Shown: positions 13,451 to 26,694, counted from the first letter of the stretch. The stretch: 64,000 nucleotides of DNA from Nageia nagi (GCA_050084985.1 JBITNC010000001.1:201314001-201378000), one strand, 5' to 3'. The notes: generated from the letters alone by a model not told the origin. A program made the numbers and translations.

Positions 13451-13455
13451 TATAA

Positions 13456-15945
13456 TGTAGACTCTAAATTGTATAAATAATAATATAAACACAAAATAAG
13501 TCTACTAAGATGACGCTTATTCAAATATATTGATAAATGAATGAAAAGTGTGCTCCTGATTATGATAAGACAATCCTCAAGGTATGGTAATGGTAAACAG
13601 AGGACTAGATCGGATCAGAGACAAGCTTGATGATGATAATGAATTGTGTAAACTAGTTGTAACATCCCTTTAAATAATTTTGGAATCCTAGGGATTCCCT
13701 TTTGTAAATATTTTATTTATTCATGTATTTGTTATTAGTTACTTGGGATAGAAATATAATGGTTCGTTGGACCCACATTATGATACCCATTAGGGACATT
13801 TTCCTCCCAAGCTAGGATGTGTTATTTAATTTGTCATAAAAGCACTTAGATATCCTAAGATGATTGTGGGAATACCAAGCCTCACTGTAACATAAAAAAT
13901 AACATAAAGGAAATCTAGAACCCAACGATGGGTTTGAGCACTTGTGCCAACCTTAGGGAGACTTCTAGACCCCCATGTTGGCCCATGATGATACCCTAGT
14001 ACCCATGCATGATACCTAGACCCACATGGCAAATTGGACTCCCACATTAGCATGTGTGACACCTTGGACTCGCATGTTGGTGTTTATGGGCCCTAGGTAC
14101 CCACGTTAGGCATGCTTGACCACTAGGCACTCCTGTTAGAGATTTTGGGCCTCAAAGAGGCTAACGTTGAGATTGGGGAGGTTGGGGATGACTCTTAGGT
14201 GAGATCTAGATCCAAAGATATGTTATAAAAGGAAAAGGAGCCTCATTGTAGAGATATATTGAATTTTATATTAAAAACCTCTTCTTCTACTAAAGACTTG
14301 GCAGTGTCAAGCACCCTTGAGCATAACGCATAAGGAGAGTCCAGGAGATTAGAACACCTTTTGACTAGCGGTTAAGGTGAATGTTCGTGTTGTGAGGTTA
14401 CCCTACCCTAAGGTTTCCACAAGCAGTCTACACCTTTGAATCCATCTAGTGGCATCCACATATCTCATAGTGTGTGATTATTCTATAGTTATTTCAAAAC
14501 TAGGATCTATCTTTGCATATTTGTATGCCCTAATTGGCTCCTTGGATGCCAACGTTAAGCCCTATTGGGTCTAGTTTTATTGTACTTCATATTCTATCAT
14601 CAATTAAGTCATAACATACTTAGATCTCATTTATTATCTTATTATTTGATGTGTTTTCTTTGTTCATGCTTTTATATATGCAACATTAAGCAGTTTAGTG
14701 CAAGTATGCTTGTATAAGTGAGTTGTTAGTATTCCTGTGTTAGAATGTATAATGCATTATTGTAAAGTTTTTGTAATAATCTTCTATGTAAGTTCACTAA
14801 TACTTAAAGGTATTATTTGATACCTTAAGTATTTAAGTGAATATGATAATGTAACTTGTCCTACACTCCATGTCATGAGCATGCCCCTTGGGTAAAAGGA
14901 TGTGCATGTCATGCTTTTGTAAATTAGATAAAAGGGTGATCCAAAGAGGGATTTTGGCTTATAAATAGAAGGCTACCTCTTTGGATCAACCACCAATTTG
15001 TGGAGTAAAGTTATGTTATAAGATAATGTTTAGGAGATGAGATTAAGAGAATTGTAAGAGATTCATGTTTGTGAATGAAGTGAGATCTAGTTAGTGGATG
15101 TACTCCTAGTTGGAGGAACCACTTTACATCTTGAGTTATCTTTGTGAGATTGTCTTATTTGAGTAATTTAAATGTGAGATTGAGTTTTCATGAGATCTTG
15201 GTAGGTTAGGGTTGTTTATGTTATATTTCAAATCTTTCATCTTGGACTATTATAGAGGTGTTATGCTTTACATTGGCTTGTAGAAGTGATATTTTGCTCA
15301 AGTTGTACATCATTGGGCTTTTTGGCATATAGTGTGACCTATTTGATGCCTTAGATCAGTTCATGGCATGCCTAAGAGCTTCATTTGATATTGATTTTTC
15401 ATTTTCTTGGCTAATTTTCAAGTTATGAATATTTGGGGATTTTACATTAGCATTTGTCGCCTCTTTTATCTATAGGTCTAAATCACAAGGGAGTATGTTG
15501 CTGATAGCATGCAAGCCCTATGGCATTGACATCTTAAAACCTAAAAAATTAGATTGCATGCAAAAGCATAGCATGTAATAAAAGCTCAGAGCATAATAGA
15601 TCCTCAAATAGGTGGCATCTAGAGACATTGTAAGTATGATATATGTGACAAACACCTATTAGAAAGATCTGATAGGGTTGTCAACCTCCAAATCCTCCTT
15701 TTATAGCCTAGAAGGACATGGAAAGGAGTGAAAGCCAACTCATAGCAATAAGATAATCTTTGTGATATTCAAGATATTTTTAAAATATAAACCATGGTAA
15801 ATGATATTGCATTTAATATAACACATGGCATTGCATTGTAATATCAACTTTATCATGATATATGTAATATTACTTTTTAATATTTAAAAAAAATTCTAAA
15901 ATATGATTTATTAAATAAATAATAAATCATTTTTAGGCATCTAAA
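13456..15945 (-). mobile_element. 3' LTR of element E (about 0.7 kb net), interrupted by solo LTR G
   Basis: On -, termini are T(G>T)TAGATGCCTAAAAA...AGTCTACA. TATA CTATAAAAGGAGG near 15700 on -. Adjacent PPT at 15946-15959. It interrupts F RNase H at TATAA (13451-13455). Confidence 0.65.
13658..15446 (+). mobile_element. Solo LTR (G), about 1.79 kb
   Basis: Inverted termini TGTAACATCCC...GGGATTTTACA. Flanks CTAGT/TTAGC are consistent with a CTAGC TSD after two C>T changes. TATAAAAGG at ~14224. No internal domain. Confidence 0.75.
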
Positions 15946-15959
15946 TTTTACCCCTCTTT
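15946..15959 (-). promoter_or_regulatory. PPT of element E
   Basis: AAAGAGGGGTAAAA on -, abutting the LTR start. Confidence 0.65.
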
Positions 15960-16448
15960 GGATATAAAATGAAAAACATTGAAATTACATAATCCAAAGA
16001 AGTTTAAAAGAAGTGAAAAATATTTATGAAATAATGAAATTTTAAGATAGAACTACATCAAAATATTATGCCCTTTTAACTTAAAACAACATGTAAAATT
16101 AGTGCATTGATGCTCTAAAATTTGTAAAATTGGTTTTTGTAAAAGAAATCTAATAAAGATGACATAATTGATTGTTCAAAGAAATGTTGAAATTTAATAG
16201 TGTATGTACCATTTTGAAGAATTTAGAGACAAATACATACCTTAGGCTTTTGGAATGAATTTCATAAAAAGTGTTGTCAAGGTTTGGTTATCATTTTCAC
16301 TTTGTTTCTTCTACCTACCTAGATTGCTCTTGTCATCCTCCTTTCTACCTTCTTGTTGACAAGGCTTTATTGACTATTCTCCTATGTTTGTTGGTGAAGT
16401 GGCTCCCTCTAGTGCTTTTTTGATTGCTAGATTTATCTTGTTGCTAAT

Positions 16449-17239
16449 TGTTATCACCTAAAATTATTTTATGCATATAATTTAATACATTAGGAAATAT
16501 GTGCTTGCACTTATATATCTAGTTCAAGAATATCAATGTTATTTTGGATATGATCAATATATATATCATCAACTTACTATATTCTTGTTTATGTAGGTAC
16601 ATGCCAACCTAAGGATTAGGTCATATTATTATCTATATAAATAGGCATCTAATAGTAAGTCCACATCAAGGAGATACATGATCCCATATCTGGTGTTGAT
16701 GATGGCAGTTCTTTAGGTGTCTCTTGACACCGCCATTCAAGGGTTGGGTTAGTGTACTTCCTTATGTGAGCATTCTGACAATTCTAAGTTTATTTGAGTA
16801 TCAAATTGAGACCATTGAGAGTTCATGTGGATGCATAGAGTCAGTTTGGAATAGACTACAGTCTAACAAAGAACATTGATGCTCCCTGTAGATGAAAGTA
16901 AATTATCGATGTTCCTTTTAAGCATAAAATAGATCACCTACAATCCTTATTGTGGATCATCTTGCTTTGTGACTTTGGGTGTAGACTTCATTTGTTGTTG
17001 AGGCTTCATTAGTATCTTCCGTTCATACATATCATGTATGCTCTATGAGGTAAGTACACAAATTTAGTCTTATTTGGTAATATCATTTCAATTTCAATTA
17101 TTCGTTATCTTCTATATTAGCTTGTCTTGTTATAAATTGCTATCTGTTAGCTCAAAATTTACAAATAGATATACATATCTTTTAGGACTATAGATATTTC
17201 AGTTATTTGCATTCTCGAATACATTTTTATTTGTAAACA
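16449..17239 (+). repeat. Element A 5' LTR (791 bp)
   Basis: TGTTATCACC...TGTAAACA; aligns end to end with 23936-24714. Confidence 0.92.
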
Positions 17240-17242
17240 TTT

Positions 17243-17259
17243 TGGTGAAACCGATGCGA
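17243..17259 (+). promoter_or_regulatory. Primer-binding site, probably tRNA-Trp
   Basis: TGGTGAAACCGATGCGA, 3 nt after the LTR; 14/17 match to TGGTGAACCCGACGTGA (complement of the plant tRNA-Trp 3' end, from memory). Confidence 0.65.
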
Positions 17260-17399
17260 ATTCATAAGTAGTTGTGCTAAAACCCTAGGGTTTTAGTTAG
17301 GACTAATAAACAATTTTGTGAGTTGATAAATTAGTTAAGAGTATTCTTGTGAAGTCTTTTGATAAGAGATCTTGATGAGCTCTTGGGACATATTTAGCA

Positions 17400-20300
17400 T
17401 GATGGACCAAAAGTACCTAACAAAGAAGCTGAACACGGTGATAGAAGTAATAATGATAACATTCAGGCTACTATTGAGGGTATGTAAAGATAAATTAATC
17501 AATTAACAAGAGGATCAATTTAGCTAGATAATTCAATTGAGTTTGGTAGTCCTCTATGTGATGAGATTCATGTATGCATGCCACCACCAGATTATAAAGG
17601 TACCAAGTTTTGTAAGTTTAGTGGGGAAGGAGATCCTAGGAGACATTTGCATGGGTTTAAAGATGAGTGTGAGCTCAAAATCAGTGTGGATTCAAGATTA
17701 CAAGTGAAGTTATTTCCTCATAGTTTGAAAGGAGAGGCTTGTGAGTGGTTCTATTCTCTACCTAAAAGGTCAGTTACATCATTTCAAGAATTGAGCAACT
17801 TATTTCTAGAACAATATAAACACAATATCAAGTTTGAAGTCATGGTTTTGGATCTATGTGCTATGAGGCAAGGCAATAACAAGAATCTTGAAAATTTTGT
17901 TGTACGATTGAAGAAGACATGGCAACAAATCAAAACAAAGCTCACTGAAAAAGAGGTAGATAATATTTTCTAGGATGCTGTCATATTATCCTTACAATAT
18001 TATGTCATTGATTACACACATCTAGCATTTTCTGATATGACATATAAGTTATTAGAAAAAAAAAGTCCTTGTGAAATTAGGGCTTATAAAATATCGAGAT
18101 GATGATAAACCTAGGACCAAAGATAAGCAGCTACAATCACCAAAGAAAGATAAATCCATTCACGTGGTAGAAAAGATAGATGAAAAGAAAGAAAGAAAAT
18201 TCATAAAGTTTTCTATACCTCCTAGGTTTATCTTGAATGATCTAATGGAAAAGGGATTATTACAGCCTTTACCTAAGAGAGAGGAAGATTAATCAGTAGA
18301 GAGGCCAGCATGGTACAAAAAAAATAGATATTATGAATATCATCAAACCAAGGGGCATGCCACTAATAGGTGTGGAGGCTTAAGAAACAAAATACAAAGG
18401 CTTATAGAAGATGGATTATATGTTTTCCCAACTAAAGTTAAAGATATAGAAGAAGAACATCATGTCAATGTAATTTTTCATGAAGAAGTATGTGTAACAC
18501 TTACAAGAGGAAGATCAAGAGTAGCAACAAATCCTATCACATGTGAAAAAGAGCTTCTTAAAGATCCAAGAAATTTTTAACCTCATTAAGCAACTCAAGA
18601 ACACACAAGCAAAGGTTAGTTTTTTTGAATTACTTCAAATTTTAGAACCTCATAGAGAAATGATGAATCAAATTTTTAAAAATAGTTAAATAGATAGGAA
18701 CATCTCAATCATTGCTTTTGAAAAAAAGGTAAAAATATGGAGTAAAGGGGATATTATCACTTTTCACCCTAGTGAAATATCTAGTAAGTATGTGATGCAG
18801 TTACATCCACCATTGTTTATTGAAGTGAATATCTTAGGTAATATAGTTAAAATATCATTGATAGATGATGGGGTAGCTTTGAATATTACCACCACTGACT
18901 TTCAAAGTTTGATCTAGATTTATTACCTCCAAGAGAAGAGACTACCATGGGAGCTAAGGGGTTTGATGGTGTTCCAAAGAAATATGCAGGAATTAACACA
19001 CGTCCAATCAAAGTGGAAAACAAGGTGCTTTAGACCCTCTTCTACTTTACAAATGGAAAACCTTCTTTTAATTTTATTCTTGTAAGACCTTCGATAGATG
19101 GCATGGAGGGAGTAGCATCCACTTTGCATAGATATTTCAAATTTTATTTTGAAGGAAATATTTACAAAGTAGAAGCAGATGAGTAGATAGCCAAGTAGTG
19201 CAATTATGTTCTTCCTGAGAGATTTGTTTCATATGATGTAGAAGACAAGGCTATACTAGCTAAGAATGACTAGATTTACAAAAAAGCGTTACGAAAAATC
19301 AATGTCAAAGATATCGGATTTGGTTCATACACTATCATGGATGCCAATATTATCAGTTTAGAGAGAGATTTGGATAGATGATAGGAGGCTCAAGAAAAGG
19401 ATCGCTCATGCTCCTTTGGGCTCCATAAATACCACTGATGTTCTTCTTTAGAAGAAATCATGGAGAAAAATAAATATTGCACTATCCCATATCATGGAGA
19501 TGATCACGATGGTAAGGTTAGTTATTTGTTATTAATGCAAGAAGATGAATGGGTAAGAGATGATCAAAATTGCTTTATTATTGAATGTGAAATAGATGAT
19601 GAAGATGCAATACATGCTATAGAGTTGTTTGAGAATGATGATGTTTTCTTAAAATTTATAGGTGCTAGAAATAAATATCCAACTAGGCATGAAAAGAGGA
19701 CTCACAAACATTATCTAGATGTGCATGCTTGCTTTGGTGAATCTATGGAGGATAAAATCAAAGGGTTGAAAGAATTGCCATTTCCCACATCATTAGAATA
19801 AAAAATTACTTGGTTGAATGAAGAGATAGAGGAGGCCAACATTGGTTCTCAAGAGACACTGTGATTCCTAAAAATAGGTAAGCTCCTTGAGGAACCTTTG
19901 CAAAATGAATTGATTCAATCCTTTTATGATTATTTTGAACTATTTGCATGGTCATATAAAGATATGCCTAGATTAGATGAAAATTTTGTAGTACATAACT
20001 TTGTTGTTGAGAAAGAAGCAATTCCTATAAAATAAAAACCATGGAAGATATCTTTTTAGATTTCTTTACTAGTCAAGAAGGAAATAGAGAAACTATTGGA
20101 AGTTGGTTTTATTAGATCCATTGATTATTCAGAGTGGATGGCTAATGTAGTTTTGATAAAGAAACCTACAGGTGAAATTAGAGTTTGTACTAATTTTAAA
20201 GATCTCAATAAAGCATGTCTGAAAAATGACTTCCCACTACCCAACATAGATATGATCATTGATAGTTTGGTAGGTTATGAGATGTTATCATTTATGGATG

Positions 20301-23080
20301 AATTTTCAAGATATAATCAAATCAAAATCAAGGAAAGTGATTAGCATAAAATAGCCTTTAAAACTCCTTAGGGCAACTTTTGCTACAAGGTAATGCCATT
20401 TGGTCTTAAGAATGTAGGGGCTACATATCAAATAGCAATGATAGCCATGTTTTATGACTTCATTCATAAGATAGTAGAGGTCTATGTAGATGATATCTTG
20501 ATAAAGTCAAAGAATAAAGAAGATCATGTCAAAGATATGAAAGCGGCATTTGAAAGGATGAAGAAGTACAAGTTAAGAATCAAACCTCAAAAATATGTAT
20601 TTGGGGTATCATCAGGAAAAATCTTAGGGCATATTATCTTTAGAAGAGGAGTTGAAGTGGATCTAAAGAAAATTAAAGCCATCACAAAAATGTCTCCTAC
20701 AAATCTTAAGCAATTGAGAAGCATTCAAGGTAAGATTCAAGCTATAAGAAGATTTATTTGTCAATTAACAGATAAGATAGCTCCTATGTCTCATTTACTT
20801 AAGAAAGAAGTTGAATTTAAATGGGATGTTAAGTGTTAAGAAGCATTTGATAGAATAAAAGAGTATTTGCTACATCCATCGATATTAGCTCCATATAGGC
20901 ATGGAGAACCTCTTTATATTTATGTCTTAGCTATAAAACATGCATTTGGGGTAATGTTAGAAAAGAAAGAAGAAGATGGTAAAGAGAGAACAATCTAATT
21001 TATTAGCAGAACATTGAAAGTATATGAAACCAGGTACATATCCATTGAGAAGTTATGTCAATGTATAGTATTTGCTATTGAGAGGTTGAGACATTATATG
21101 ATCAATAGCACAACACATGTACTTACTTAGGTAGACCCATTAAGATATCTGATGTCAAAACCATGCCTCAATGGAAGGTTAGCAAAATGGATCATGCTAC
21201 TTTAGGAGTTTGACCTCAAGTTTGTGAAATAAAAATCAGTTAAAGGGTAGGTAGTCACAGATTTTGTTGCAGAGTTTCTTATGAATGATAGTAAAGAACT
21301 CAAATAAGAATTTCAGGATGAATGTGTTTTGGAAAAAATTATAGAACATGCAAAAGAGGACCACCTTTGACCTTCTTTAGAAGAAAATGGGAACACTGAC
21401 GTTCCTCTTTCAAAGGTGTTAGAATGCTAGAAAATGTATTTTGATGGATCATGGTGTATGCAAGGTTCAAGAGTAGGAATAGTGTTGATATCACCTTAGA
21501 ACAATGTTATTCCCATGTCATACAAACTATCATTTGAATGCACTAACAATATGGTAGAATATGAAGCTCTCATATTAGGATTAAAAGCAGCTATAAAAAT
21601 TGGTATTACACATTAGCAATCAGATCTATAACATTAAGGATGAAAATCTTATTCCATATAAATTTCTTGTTACAAAACTCCTTGCTTGCTTTGAAAAGTA
21701 TCAATTAGAAAATATTCCAAGGAACAATAATAGGTTAGCTGATGCAATGGTAAGTGTAGCTTCACTTATAACAATTGAGATAGAAAGTAGGGAGACTAAT
21801 TTCACTATCAAGAATTTGGGAACTCCATCAATTACTGAGGAGGACTTGAAAATGGTATGTGTGGCTCAAAATATTGGTTATGAGGTAAGTCCTTGGTACC
21901 AACACATATTCAAATTTTTGAGGGATAACTTTATTGATGCTACACTTGATAAGAGAGAATAGATTAGAATAAAAAAGCTTACTACAAAGTATGTTATCAT
22001 TGGTGATATACTTTATAAAAGATCATTTAATGGTATTCTTTTGAGATGTCTTTATGATGAGAAGATTGAAACAAATTATAGCATGCTCATGGAGGAGCAT
22101 GTGGAGATCATTTCAATGGAAGATCAGTCTATAGCAAGTTGATTAGGATGGGTTATTAGTGGCCCACCATGGAACATGATTGTTATGAATATGTCAAGAA
22201 GTGTGAGCAATGTCAAAAGTATGCACACTTAGAATTAACACCTACTCAAGAGTTTAACTATGTCACATCACCATGGCCTTTCTCAATGTGGGCTTTGGAT
22301 TTCATGGGTGTTATCAATTCCTTTGAAGATAGCTATACAAAAATATGTTATCAATTTCATCAAGGAATATATCATTTGTAGATTTGGCATACCTCAGAAG
22401 CTGATCATGGATAATGTTGCAAATTTCATATGAAAAGATATTAGAGAATTTTGTAAAAAGATGAATGTTGAATAGAGATTTTCTTTAGTTTACTATTTCA
22501 AAGGGAATGGACAAGCTGAAGCAACAAATAAAACAATCAAGAAGATATTGGTAAAAACTATCAAGAAGAATGGTAGAGATTAGCATGATCAATTACCATA
22601 TGCCTTATGGGCATATAGAACAATTGAAAGAATAACAATAGGTGTTACTCCATACTCTCTTGTGTATGGTGATGAAGTAGTCATTCCACTTGAAATTAAG
22701 ATCCCTTCTTTGAGAATTGCACTCAAAAATATCATGAAGGGATCACAACAATGGGAAGCAAGATTAAATCAGCTAGAGGCATTAGATGAGAAAAGAATTA
22801 ATGCACTAAAGCATCTCAAAACATATCAGCAAAGAATAAACATGGCCTATGGAAAGAAAATGGTGCCCAAAGCATTTGAGGTTGGAGATATGGTTCTCCA
22901 AGAGAATGTTTCTAACACTATTACAAAAGATGAACTTAAAGAAAAGTTTTAACCAAATTGGGTTGGCCCATACATCATCATAGAGGTCTTTGATAGAGGT
23001 GCATACAACTTGCATACATTGGATGTGGAGGTTTTCAAAAATCCCATCAATGCTAGGCACTTAAAGAAGTATCACATCTT
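17400..23080 (+). pseudogene. Element A gag-pol (stops, frameshifts, small deletions)
   Basis: gag (KFSGEGDPRRHL, LFPHSLKGEACEWF), zinc knuckle YHQTKGHATNRC, protease LIDDGVAL, RT (DFPLPNID, MPFGLKN, VYVDDIL), RH, aRH (KMYFDGS, CTNNMVEYEALILGL), integrase (WPFSMWALDFMG, GNGQAEATNK, GPY). Confidence 0.92.
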
Positions 23081-23282
23081 GGTGACCTATGGGTCGTCTC
23101 GTGCATCTATTTCTGTAAAAATGTTACTACAAGAATAAGCATGGAATAGATAACATAAAAATCAAAAAATAGGTCATTTTAGTATCATAAGAGGAGCATT
23201 ATCATTCTATTTTAGCAAAAAAGCACTACCCATGGTCCTAGTGTACAATTAAAAATAACAAAAACAAAGATCATCAAATACC

Positions 23283-23520
23283 CTTTGGTGTAGAGTTTTA
23301 GCTCCTAGATTGTAAAAATTTGCATGCCTCTTGGCATAGAGTTTTAGCTCTCATATCATCATCCTAATTTCTTACATCTTGGTGTAGAGTTTTTGCTCTC
23401 ATTATCATATCATGCCTCTTGATAGAGTTCCAACTCCACTCCTTATAATGATATGCATCTTGGCAAAGTTTCAGCTCCTAGTTTTATCATTATGCCTCTA
23501 AGTAGGAAGTTCAGCTTCCA
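23283..23520 (+). repeat. Tandem array, about 6 x 40-48 bp, in element A 3' UTR
   Basis: Recurrent core CTTGG(T/C)(G/A)TAGAGTTTTAGCTC. Confidence 0.8.
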
Positions 23521-23935
23521 CAAGATCAATGGATAGAATCATCAATGACATGAGATGGTTGTAGTCCACATATCAAAATATATCTAAAATATGGGTAATT
23601 GTCATCACTAACCTCTTGGTAGATGCTTTTGGACCCTATAACTCTTTCTTTTGTAGGTTATCATTAGAGCTCATGGAGCATATCAAAACCAACTAGGGGC
23701 AACATGATGGATGTCATATGAGAGGGTTTTATTAAACTCATACCTTTTGTAAATATGATTGTTTATCTTTCTTATATTTTTATCATAGTTCAATATCAAA
23801 ATAAATTGATTAATGTTGGTATTATGCTTGTCTATACTTATCAATATTTGATTGCTATGATATCTTGGTTATACTTTGAATGAAAAATCTCAATGCACCT
23901 AGTGATTTTCAATTTCTCATCCAAAGTGGAGCATT

Positions 23936-24714
23936 TTTTATCACCTAAAATTAATTTATGTATTTAATTTAATACATTAGAAAATATGTGCTTGCACTTA
24001 TATATTTAGTTCAAGAATATTAATGTTATTTTGGATATGATCAATATATATATTATCGACTTACTATATTCTTATTTATGTAGGTACATGTCATCTAAAG
24101 AGTAGGTCATATTATTATCTATATAAATAGGGACTAATAGTAAGTCCATATCAAGAAGATACATGATCCCATATTTGTGTTGATGATGGCAGTCTTTTAG
24201 GTGTCTCTTGACACTACCATTCAAGGGCTGGATTAGTGTACTTCCTTATACTGGTATCCTTGCAATTCTAAGCTTATCTGAGTATCAAATTGAGGCCATT
24301 AGTGGAGGCATAGATTCGATTCAAAATGGACTATAGTATAACAAAGATTGTTGATGTTCCCTATAGATAAAAGCAAACTGTTGATGCTCCTTTCAAGCAC
24401 AAAATAGACCACTTGTGGCCCTCTTTTTAGATCATCTTGCTTTATGAATTCGGATGCAGACTTCGTTTGTTGTTGAGGTTTTGTTAGTATCTTCCATTCA
24501 TCCATATCATGTACACTTCATGAGGTAAGTACATAAATTCAATCTTGTTTGGTAATATCATTTCAATTCTAGTTATTCATTATCTTCCATATTAGCTTAT
24601 CTTGTTATAAATTGCTATCTATTAGTTCAGAATTTACAAATAGATAAACATATCTTTTGGAACTATAGATATTTTAGTTATTTGCATTCTTGAATACACT
24701 TTTATTTGTAAACA
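23936..24714 (+). repeat. Element A 3' LTR (779 bp)
   Basis: T(G>T)TTATCACC...TGTAAACA. Confidence 0.92.
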
Positions 24715-24722
24715 TTGGTGAC

Positions 24723-26694
24723 ATGGCATATTGAAGGATGATTGAGCAACCATTGGCAAGGAGGCATGACCATGTGGTACAGTACATTTGTAATCTTCCT
24801 ATCGATCATATGGTGAATTCTCCATTTTGAATTGACTTCATTTTTTTTTCCTTTTCACTTCCATACTTTTTTGTAAATACCCTAGAGCTTGCTTTGTAAT
24901 CCTACAAAAAAAAAAAGAGGGGGAGAATTTTTGTTTTTAATATGCATTTTAAAAGTTTTCCTTTAATTATAGTTTCAATCTTGAGTTTATATTCAATTTG
25001 TTTGAGTAAAAATTTGGGGGTTTTATGTGATTAATTTTAATTTGTGGGGGATATTTGAAGTGTTTGAAGCTTTTTTCCCTTAGTTTGGTTTCATAATCAA
25101 TTTATTTTAGAAGATATTGTAGGGTAATGGGAATTTTGATAATTTTAATATAATTGATTTAAGAAAATGTTTCCCTAGCCTTATTTTTGTAGTCAATTCC
25201 TAGAAAAAGAGAATGTAGGTGTGAGTGATTTGTTGCATTTTGGATTTGCATTATATAATATTGGATTTTAGTTTGATGCTTACTCCATTTTATAATGTAT
25301 AAACCCGAGCCCATAACTATGTAATAAGATACCTTTGTAGGTTCTTGTATGTTTTTTTTTCAAGTGCAAATGGGGTGATTACCTTGAACATTTTATTTGA
25401 AGTATATGGTTTGCTTGCATTAGGGAAGGAAAAAAGTTTATTTTATAATAATTTTGATAAAAATATTTATAATGTATATTATTAATTTTTCATTTTGATT
25501 TGTATATATTATATGAGTTTTGATGAATTTTTATGCTTTATTTTATTTGCAGGATCGAAAACACCTAGTACATGGGGATCTAATGAAGTTAGAGGCCCTA
25601 GAGAGGTTGTGGGGTTGGATTTGATCCAAATAAGATAATGAGATTTTAGACTTTATCAATTTGTATGATTTGGTGATTGCTATCCATGTTTAGATTAACT
25701 TCCCATTACTTACCATATTGATAGAGCGTTGGAACTTAGATTCCAATAATTTTCACCTCTTAAATGATGATATGATCGTTACCTTGTTAGATGTTTATTG
25801 GATATGGCATGTATTGATTCGAGGGAGGCTAGTTTCCCATGCCTTGATTAGTGGCCTTCAAGAGAGGGAGACATTATTAGCCTAGTTGAAAGGCAATGAA
25901 GATCATGATTGGAAGCATTGTGTGACCTATGTTCACATAACCTATCAGTATGATCTGAGGGTGAGGAACCTCTGATTATTGATTGCATCCATTATTATCG
26001 CATTCTTGTGCCCAAATAAGAAGAATTTAATTTTTACTTTAGGTTTTATTTGGATTGTGAGAGACATTTATGCTAGGGGTACATTTTATGCATGGGGACC
26101 ATGCACTATATCCTAGCTCTATCATGGCTTACACCACATATTCACAATGGGTAAGTACAATATCACAGTGGCACATGCATCACTTCTATAAGTTTAGGAA
26201 TATGAGCACATTACCATGTTCAAGCTTGTTGGACTTGTTAGGCAGTTGAATGATGCTACAGACCTTGCTATGTATTGTTGTGTATCTATTTTAGGCTATT
26301 TTCAAGCTCCTTACGATATTGAGGTGAGGATGAGGGAGATTGATAGCCTCTAGGGTGAGGATATTATATGAGCAACATATCAGGACTATGATTGAGATGA
26401 GTATACCCTCCATATGACTTGGGTAAGGCAACATTATTTTTTACAAATAAGGTGAAGAGGGGTAGAGCCCTACTATTCAAGTCACGTATTGTGATAGTTT
26501 AGATTGACCTAGGATATCCCAATGGGTGTTAGGTACCATCTAAGTTAGAGACATGATACCGATGCCCCATAGGATACATTGGTTATTCCTATATAAAGGA
26601 GTACATAGGAGGAGACACTTGAGGTGGACAAAGTAATAATAGTTTCATTTACCCTTGATGTTGTTCTAGGGTATGAGGTATGGTGGGAAGGCAT
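24723..26694 (+). pseudogene. Degenerate two-exon Plant Mobile Domain (PMD/MAIN-like) gene, antisense cargo of element E; truncated by insertion of B
   Basis: Exon 1 is 24723-24812 (ATG, 30 codons), intron 24813-25552 (GTGAAT...TTTATTTGCAG), exon 2 in frame. Exon 2 encodes LLTILIERWNLDSNNFHLLNDDMIVTLLDVYWIWHVLIRG, FYAWGPCTIS*LYHGL and SLL*V*EYEHI, which are PMD hallmark motifs. Confidence 0.8.

Larger units (their letters stand above)
16449..24714 (+). mobile_element. Element A: full-length degenerate Ty3/gypsy retrotransposon, Tat-like (extra archaeal-type RNase H), 8.27 kb
   Basis: Paired LTRs, PBS, gag-PR-RT-RH-aRH-INT order, 3' tandem repeats and PPT (AAAGTGGAGCA ~23923). Confidence 0.92.

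Noticed and set aside
23283-23520. Repeat-spacer pattern resembling CRISPR (also 41445-41822)
   Set aside because: Eukaryotic TE context, degenerate repeats with related spacers, and no cas genes. These are typical Tat/Ogre 3' tandem repeats.
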